DNA of 64,000 nucleotides from contig OY843748.1 of NCBI GenBank assembly GCA_963693015.1, forward strand, positions 1,024,395-1,088,394, read 5' to 3'. Shown in pieces: positions 58,321 through 64,000 of the stretch. The notes under the pieces were generated by a model. It was not told the DNA's origin. It was given only the letters and a program-made list of their open reading frames with translations, and searched no databases. A program made the position numbers and the translations under genes. Position 1 is the stretch's first letter. Each line of letters opens with the position of its first letter. Source of the stretch: a bacterium (lineage in GTDB: Bacteria; JAAXHH01).

Positions 58321-58494
58321 GGGATTGACCTTGAACAAGGTAGTACCGGGAACCACCCGGAACGGGGTGGAACGCTTCTGTCAACACGCGATTCCACAAT
58401 CAACTCTTGTTCAGTTGAGATCGGCAAAGGCGCAGATCACGAATTAGGAAGGTTGACGATCAGACGGTCAAAGCCAAGATGGTCCACTACCTTC

Positions 58495-58863
58495 TCACCC
58501 ATGTTGACTCGCCGATGTTTGATCCAAGTCAGTTGGGATTACCGATTCAAGCAAACGAATCAGTTCTGGCAAATCGTCCTCGACCGTCTTCCAGACTGTA
58601 TCGAGATTAATGTCGAAATAGGCATGTACGAGTCGATTGCGCATTCCGATGATCCGCTGCCACGGCATCTCTGACAAACGGCTACGCGTGGGTTCTGATA
58701 TCTGCGTCGCCGCCTCGCCAACAATCTCGATATCCTTGATTAACGCGAGGACGAGTTGGCGATCGTTGTCCAGGTCACTACGCGCATGTCCCTGAACGAA
58801 GGAAACTGCTTCCCGCGCGGCGTCCAACATGTGCCGTAAACGGATTTCGTCATCCCTGCTCAT
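58495..58863 (-). CDS. hepT: HepT (HEPN/DUF86) toxin
   Basis: 122 aa. The Rx4HxY motif in [14 protein letters not shown] is diagnostic of DUF86 HEPN ribonucleases. It overlaps the upstream MntA gene by 14 nt. Confidence 0.8.
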   Translation of the reverse strand: MSRDDEIRLRHMLDAAREAVSFVQGHARSDLDNDRQLVLALIKDIEIVGEAATQISEPTRSRLSEMPWQRIIGMRNRLVHAYFDINLDTVWKTVEDDLPELIRLLESVIPTDLDQTSASQHG

Positions 58864-59155
58864 ACTGAACCTCCGCAGTGTCGATGACCTCCTGGCGGAA
58901 GTAACGACTCAAATCCTCCGGAGTTCGCAGGTCCACCTCCCGACCGCCAAACAATTCGGATAGCTCAATCTCCAATCCGGCCATGCCCAGCAGACCGGGA
59001 GTGTGGCCTGGTGCGAACTCGACCAGTACGTCGATATCGCTCTCCGGGCCAAAATCCGTCCGCAACGCCGATCCGAAAATGGCAAATCGCCGTATACCGT
59101 GATTTTGACAAAAAGCTGCCAATTTAGTTTTTGGGATCGACCACTGTGCGTTCAT
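58850..59155 (-). CDS. mntA: MntA nucleotidyltransferase antitoxin (minimal NTase)
   Basis: 101 aa. [21 protein letters not shown] carries the GS...DxD NTase motif. The classic mntA-hepT order with overlap is present. Confidence 0.8.
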   Translation of the reverse strand: MNAQWSIPKTKLAAFCQNHGIRRFAIFGSALRTDFGPESDIDVLVEFAPGHTPGLLGMAGLEIELSELFGGREVDLRTPEDLSRYFRQEVIDTAEVQYEQG

Positions 59156-59961
59156 GGCTGCAAAACCCGGTCTGCGTCAATGTCGAAGCCAGCGGCTTTC
59201 AATTCCCGGGCGAGTGCCATCTTCCATGCGCCCAGTTCGTCAAGGACGATATAGACAACCCCCTCGAAGTCAGAAGGAGTTTCGATGTCATGCGCCCTCA
59301 GAGCACATACCTTTTCGCGACCCAACTTCCCGATGAAGAATCCGAGTTCGAGAATCACGTTCTGACGGGCTCGGGGCTTTAAATTACCCTGATCCTCCTC
59401 GGCCGCGCCGATGTCGTCGGGCGTCAGCAGAACCACGGCGAAACCCGCATCCGCATGGTCCTCGAATTTCTCGATGATCGTACGGCCTCTATTTGCCTGC
59501 TCGTGCAGGATAATCGGTTCGAGTTCCAGCCTTGACAGGAATCTTGCAACCGCGTCCCTGGCACGCTCATCGTGACCATGAACGACAAAGACTTTCTTTG
59601 TCGCCGATCCCTTATCGTCACGGCCCGTATCTGGTGCTTTAAAATCACCCTGATCTGAGGGTTGTTTCACCGTTTCTGCTTCATCTTCCCAAAAGTACTT
59701 GATCTCATCGAGACCTGACGCGACATGGGAAACCATGGTTCTCAGGTATTCACGAAAACCACTGAGGGTCTTATTGTGAGTTTTTGGAAGTAGTGTAAAC
59801 TGAGAGCTTTCCTCACCAAATATGTTGGTAAAAGCGGTATAAACGTCACGTATCCATTTTTGGACTTCCGGAGAGCTTTCATCCTCCATATCCAGCTCCG
59901 AAGCCTCATCTACCAAACTCTGTAATCGTTCAATTGCAATTGACTTTCGGACTGTCGTCAT
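59152..59961 (-). CDS. TIR-like (COG4271/DUF1863-type) nucleotide-binding domain protein with an N-terminal helical domain
   Basis: The preferred start [13 protein letters not shown] at 59961 has GGAG 9 nt upstream. The C-terminal block [64 protein letters not shown] matches my recollection of the bacterial TIR-like consensus. The stop overlaps the mntA start (ATGA). Confidence 0.55.
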   Translation of the reverse strand: MTTVRKSIAIERLQSLVDEASELDMEDESSPEVQKWIRDVYTAFTNIFGEESSQFTLLPKTHNKTLSGFREYLRTMVSHVASGLDEIKYFWEDEAETVKQPSDQGDFKAPDTGRDDKGSATKKVFVVHGHDERARDAVARFLSRLELEPIILHEQANRGRTIIEKFEDHADAGFAVVLLTPDDIGAAEEDQGNLKPRARQNVILELGFFIGKLGREKVCALRAHDIETPSDFEGVVYIVLDELGAWKMALARELKAAGFDIDADRVLQP

Positions 59962-60278
59962 CGCGTCAACTCCATGATCCTCATATAATCGAGCTTTCCG
60001 ATCGACGTTATACTGCCCCGCACGGACCGAGTTTACCCGGCGCAGTAAAACCAGAATCACCAGCTTGTAGACAGAAAAGCATTTCTTGACGCAGTGTCGT
60101 ACGCTCCTTGTCGTAAAAGATACATGTGCGCTAAATGGGGTCAACTCAGTTTCTGGGATACGTCAAATCCTACAATCGCGTGCTATTGCACTGTGTCGTC
60201 GACACCGTAATGTTCTTGGAAGTTATGCTTTTCCGATCGACAGCGCAGCCTCCGTAAGTCCGTCAGTTTTCAAGTCCG

Positions 60279-60755
60279 TCAGTTTTCGATCGGCGCCGCC
60301 GCCACGTGTTCCAGCCCGTACTCCTCCCGCAGGCGAGCCATCTCGGCTTTCAATTCCTCTGGGTCCGCGGTGTCCGGCGGTATGCGCTTTAGCAGCCGGT
60401 CGGAAGCCTCGAAGAACCGGTCCAGCCCCGCGGGCGTGCAGATCAGCATGATCACCGCCGGATCGTCCCCGTCATTCCAGAAGGAATGGGGCCGGTAGCC
60501 TGGTACGGTCACCATCTGGCCAGCTTTGAGCACGAAGGCGCTTTCGTGGAGGAATTGGAAGGTCAGGGCGCCCTTGACGACCAGGAACATCTCGATGAAG
60601 GCGTGGCGGGTGAAGACGGGCGGCGGACTGTGGGGCGGTTCGACGCATTCGATGACCGTCACGCGGTCCTCCGTCGCGGACCCTGGCGTCTTTATCCGCA
60701 CGTTCTGGCCCATGAGTGTGTTGAGCCAGTCGCCTCTGTTGCCGTCGCCTTCCAT
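60279..60755 (-). CDS. Cupin-domain protein
   Basis: 158 aa. A single cupin fold with a His-containing motif (TRHAFIEMFLVVKGALTFQF...GYRPHSFWN). Host-like high GC returns here. Confidence 0.65.
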   Translation of the reverse strand: MEGDGNRGDWLNTLMGQNVRIKTPGSATEDRVTVIECVEPPHSPPPVFTRHAFIEMFLVVKGALTFQFLHESAFVLKAGQMVTVPGYRPHSFWNDGDDPAVIMLICTPAGLDRFFEASDRLLKRIPPDTADPEELKAEMARLREEYGLEHVAAAPIEN

Positions 60756-60820
60756 GCCCTTCCTCCGTCAACCTGTCGGTACCCGCCCCCGTCAATCATC
60801 TCCCGCCCTTCGTCACCGCT

Positions 60821-63800
60821 TCACGCCGGTCCCGCCACCGCCTCACGCCGCCCCCCGCCGATCATCCCCCGCCCTTCGTCGGCATAGACCTTCTTGACCT
60901 CCTGGTCCACGGTGCGCCATACGAGGAACTGCTTGCGCAGGACGTTGAGAAAACGCCGGTTCAGCCGCTGCCAGGAGTCCACGTCGCCGCTTTCCCGGTG
61001 TATATCCACCCAGACCGCGTACAGATCGCGTTCCTGCTCCGCGGGCGCCGCGCTCAGGGCCACGCGCTGGCTGACGCCCGTGTCGTAGGGCGCAAGCCAG
61101 GTCTTCATCGCGATCACGTACGTTACCACGGACTCCTCGCCGGTGCCCGTCAGGACCACCTCGTCGGTCATGAAGTTGCCCAGCGTGCTCTCGCCGTATG
61201 ACTCGAAGAACCGCGTCAGGTAGGCGTAGAGCCCCAGCGTCTCCGTGCGGCTGATGGTGAAGGGGAACTCGAAGCTCCAGTCGTCGCCGTCGGGCTCGGG
61301 GAAGGCCCATTGCCGGTTGACGTCCGGCACGGCCATCTGGGACGCCTTGCGGGCCGGGTAGACCGTCGAGAGCAAGACCACCGCCATGACCATGGCCGTG
61401 GAAGCCACTGCGGAGAGGGAGGAATAGTTCAGGGTCAGTCCCGCCAGCAACTGGTATTCGGTGATGCCCCGGGCCACGGTCTGGCCGATGAGGTAGCCGG
61501 ACATGCCCCCGATGACGGCGTACATGGCCGCCTCCGCCATGAAGAGGGCGCCGATATGGGCCGGCGCCAGGCCCACGGCGCTGTACACCCCTATTTCGCT
61601 GAAGCGTTCGTAGACGGCGTTCATCATGGTGTTCAGGATGATGAGGGCGGCCACGACCATGGGGATGAAGAGGTTGCCGAGGCCGGACAGGGAACTGAGG
61701 GACATGGCGCTGTACACGGCGACCTCCCCGCCGACGGCGGCCACCACCGGTATCCCCAGGCGCTGCATGAAGCGCTCGATCCGCTCGAGGGCGGTTTCAT
61801 CGGAGGGGAAACGAACCGCCACGGAACGGAGGGTGCCGCCGAGGTCGTTCACGAAGGCCTGCGGCGCCAGGATGAGGTTCGCGGCCGGCATGTGTTCGAA
61901 CTTCGCCATCTGGACCGGTTCCTCGTCGTAGTCCATGAGGGCGAGTTCCGTGAGCAGATCGTGGCCCGTCGCCGCGTAATCTACCGGCGTGAGCGGCTCG
62001 CCGTCCAGGTCGGTAATACGCTCCAGGGCAGCCGCGTCGAACATGCCGATCACCTCGTAGGGCTTGCCGAAGATCATGATCTCCGACCGTCCCGTGTCCT
62101 CTTCCGACATGCCCAGCAGTTCGGCCATTTGCGTCGGAATGATGCACACGTCCCTTTCATCGGCGGCGAACCACCGTCCCGCCGTCAACGCCCGGTCGAG
62201 GCCGCTCACGTCGCGCTCCTCCGGCAGCAGTCCCAGCATGGCCGAGGCGTAGGTTGACCTCGGCGTCCCGTCTTCCCCGGTCCGGTCGACTTTCACGAAA
62301 GTCTGATCACCCGGAAAATTCCCGGAATACCACGTCCTGGATACGATGGTGATGCCCTGGTCTTCGGCTTCCGACGATCCGAATTCGGAGCGCACGTACT
62401 CGTGCGTCTGCTTCTGCAATGCCGCCCAGTTGGGATTTCGCACCAGGAATCCCGTGTATGCGGCCTCCGTATCCTGGCTCACCTTCTGCAGGCGGAGGAA
62501 GGTCTGCACGGACGTGAAGGAAAGTACGGTGAACACGAGGAGCACGAGGGTGGCGCACGTGAGCAGCGTCCGGGCCTTGCGCTTGCGCATGTTGCCGATC
62601 CCCAGGGCAAAAGCCGTGGCCAGGGCGCTCGAACGCCGCACGTCGGTGGCCTGCACCGTGCGGCCGTCCTGCCGGACCTCGCGCATGGTCTGGGTGAACC
62701 GGCCCGAGATGAGCCAGATGACCACGGCCGCCAGGGCGAAGGTGATGAAGGCGAGGAGCACGATATCGGGCGCGGTGGTGATCTGGAAGGCCGGATGGGT
62801 GAAGCGCAGCAGTCCGTATGCGGCCAGGAAGATGCCGAAGGTGACGGCAATCCGCTTGTACACGTTGGCGAATCCGAAGACCAGGCGCTCCAGGGCGTAG
62901 GCGAAGGGGATCACCAGCACCATGTAGAACAGCACGCCCTTGACGACGTCGTTGGCCGTCCCCGTGGCGTCGGGGTAGGCGCGGGACTCGTATCCCCACG
63001 CGGCTCGGGCGTGCTTGATGAACCGGTCCCACTGCAGGCTCTGCCGGGCGGCCTCGGCCCGGTCCAGCAGGCGCCCCGCCTCCCGGTGGAAGTCGTCCAG
63101 CCGGGTGTTGCTCACGCCGACGGACCTGAGCGCGGCGATCCGCGCCTCGTCCAGGTGCCACATGTCCTTCGCGACCTGGTACGAGGTAAGGGGTATGGAG
63201 CCGATCCCCGAATCGAACCCGATCCCCTCGGGATGCTGCGCGTCCGCGTTGGTCAGGATCAGGCGGCGGCCGAACAGGCCGGTCGACATGGTGGCCTTGA
63301 ACCGGCTTCCCGGCGGCATGAAGACCACGGCGGTGTCTTCCTCGTAGGAAAACCCCGTGGTCCACCCCCCTTCCTGGAAGGTCATGCCCCATTCCAGGGG
63401 CGGATTGCCCGATTCGTCCAGGACCACGGCCTCGTTGAGCCGGGTCAGAAAGCGCGGGTCCACCAGGTCGTAGATGTTGGTCGCCTCCGACCGGAAGACC
63501 ACCGTGGGTTTCTCCTTGTCCACCCAGTCCATCGTGATCTCGAGGGGGTAGGCGCCTTCGCCGTAGGGACCCCGGTCCGGCGCGTAGATGATCTCCCCCG
63601 TTTCCGGGTCCATGACGTAGCCTTCCGTCGGGTACGTACGCCCCGCCTCCAGTTCGGTGCATTCGGCCACGCCCGCGCTGTCGGCCACCACGAAGATCTC
63701 GTTCTTCACCCCGCTGATGGTCTTGTTGTAGCGGCGGAACCGGACCACGGCGCCGGGCTTGGGCTTGCTCGGGATGTAATCCTCCCGGGGGTCGAATTCC

Positions 63801-63967
63801 ACGACCCGGATGCGGCCGTTCACGAAGCGGTCCTCGAGCTGCATCTTGAAATCGGGAAACAGGCGGGGGTCGTTGACGCCGCGGCCGAACAGCTCGGTCA
63901 GCAGGACGGCCTGCGTGTACACGTTGTGGAAGTTGACCTGGTCGAGGTCGTCGATGGGGGTGTCCAC
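60821..63967 (-). CDS. Large FtsX-like (MacB/DUF214-type) ABC transporter permease with two permease domains; the N-terminus may extend beyond the window
   Basis: 1048 aa with blocks of TM helices separated by large soluble domains (LTCATLVLLVFTVLSFTSVQTF, then MVVAALIILNTMMNAVYERFSEIGVYSAVG...), typical of fused double-FtsX permeases. Only 33 nt remain upstream of the first ATG. Confidence 0.6.
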   Translation of the reverse strand: MDTPIDDLDQVNFHNVYTQAVLLTELFGRGVNDPRLFPDFKMQLEDRFVNGRIRVVEFDPREDYIPSKPKPGAVVRFRRYNKTISGVKNEIFVVADSAGVAECTELEAGRTYPTEGYVMDPETGEIIYAPDRGPYGEGAYPLEITMDWVDKEKPTVVFRSEATNIYDLVDPRFLTRLNEAVVLDESGNPPLEWGMTFQEGGWTTGFSYEEDTAVVFMPPGSRFKATMSTGLFGRRLILTNADAQHPEGIGFDSGIGSIPLTSYQVAKDMWHLDEARIAALRSVGVSNTRLDDFHREAGRLLDRAEAARQSLQWDRFIKHARAAWGYESRAYPDATGTANDVVKGVLFYMVLVIPFAYALERLVFGFANVYKRIAVTFGIFLAAYGLLRFTHPAFQITTAPDIVLLAFITFALAAVVIWLISGRFTQTMREVRQDGRTVQATDVRRSSALATAFALGIGNMRKRKARTLLTCATLVLLVFTVLSFTSVQTFLRLQKVSQDTEAAYTGFLVRNPNWAALQKQTHEYVRSEFGSSEAEDQGITIVSRTWYSGNFPGDQTFVKVDRTGEDGTPRSTYASAMLGLLPEERDVSGLDRALTAGRWFAADERDVCIIPTQMAELLGMSEEDTGRSEIMIFGKPYEVIGMFDAAALERITDLDGEPLTPVDYAATGHDLLTELALMDYDEEPVQMAKFEHMPAANLILAPQAFVNDLGGTLRSVAVRFPSDETALERIERFMQRLGIPVVAAVGGEVAVYSAMSLSSLSGLGNLFIPMVVAALIILNTMMNAVYERFSEIGVYSAVGLAPAHIGALFMAEAAMYAVIGGMSGYLIGQTVARGITEYQLLAGLTLNYSSLSAVASTAMVMAVVLLSTVYPARKASQMAVPDVNRQWAFPEPDGDDWSFEFPFTISRTETLGLYAYLTRFFESYGESTLGNFMTDEVVLTGTGEESVVTYVIAMKTWLAPYDTGVSQRVALSAAPAEQERDLYAVWVDIHRESGDVDSWQRLNRRFLNVLRKQFLVWRTVDQEVKKVYADEGRGMIGGGRREAVAGPA

Positions 63968-64000
63968 GAACTCGCGGACGTCGAAGACCGTGGCGAAGGA

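Larger units (their letters stand above)
43500..60250. other. Lower-GC genomic island carrying defence and TA cargo (XRE, AlbA_2 protein, HigA-fused giant protein + RloC-like ATPase, hypothetical, Type ISP RM enzyme, TIR-like-MntA-HepT); no integrase, transposase or tRNA found at the borders
   Basis: By eye, base composition and codon usage shift between the flanking high-GC metabolic genes (sialidase-like gene ending 43520; cupin gene at 60279) and this interval. The gene content is that of a defence island. Confidence 0.5.

Noticed and set aside
58379-58384. TTGACA hexamer (minus strand) upstream of the Type ISP gene as a -35 element
   Set aside because: No acceptable -10 hexamer lies 16-18 nt downstream on that strand, so it cannot be called a promoter from sequence alone.

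Overview
This 64 kb window appears to come from a high-GC bacterial chromosome. Genes are densely packed, most start behind GGAGG-type ribosome-binding sites, and several products carry Tat (RRxFL) signal peptides. I found no rRNA, tRNA, CRISPR array, integrase or transposase.

The window has two parts.

Catabolic region (positions 1 to about 43.5 kb). It holds at least ten paralogous phytanoyl-CoA dioxygenase (PhyH) family Fe(II)/2-oxoglutarate oxygenases. Around them sit cupin and bicupin proteins, three amidohydrolase-2 enzymes, two formamidase/acetamidase paralogs and two PLP aminotransferases, one of which has a Tat signal. There are also a gamma-glutamyltranspeptidase, an ACC-deaminase/D-cysteine desulfhydrase family enzyme, an HpcH aldolase, a mandelate racemase (MR/MLE) enolase-superfamily member, a UxuA-like dehydratase, a Tat-exported sulfite-oxidase-family molybdoenzyme, a BNR/sialidase-like protein, TenA, a J-domain protein and DapD. 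Two paralogous modules each combine a signal-peptide-less sulfatase, a roughly 660 aa polytopic membrane protein and a PhyH gene.

Lower-GC segments that look horizontally acquired and carry defence or toxin-antitoxin style cargo:
- 26265..28062: an AAA_21-like ATPase plus a small PIN-like protein, inserted between two PhyH genes.
- About 43.5 to 60.25 kb, a candidate defence island containing:
  - an XRE regulator and an AlbA_2/HATPase_c_4 protein;
  - a 1359 aa protein with an N-terminal HigA-like HTH, followed by an RloC/Rad50-like ATPase with a CxxC zinc hook. This pair is the most likely undescribed system in the window;
  - a single-chain Type ISP-like restriction-modification enzyme (Mrr nuclease, SF2 motor, N6-adenine methyltransferase);
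  - an operon of a TIR-like (COG4271-type) protein with MntA and HepT.

Other notable items are an XRE-ImmA metallopeptidase/PIN-like pair near TenA, a fusion of a SAM methyltransferase to an HNH domain behind a near-consensus sigma70 promoter, and several short intergenic tandem repeats.

All functional calls come from motif-level reading of the translations and from gene context. None has been confirmed by a database search.
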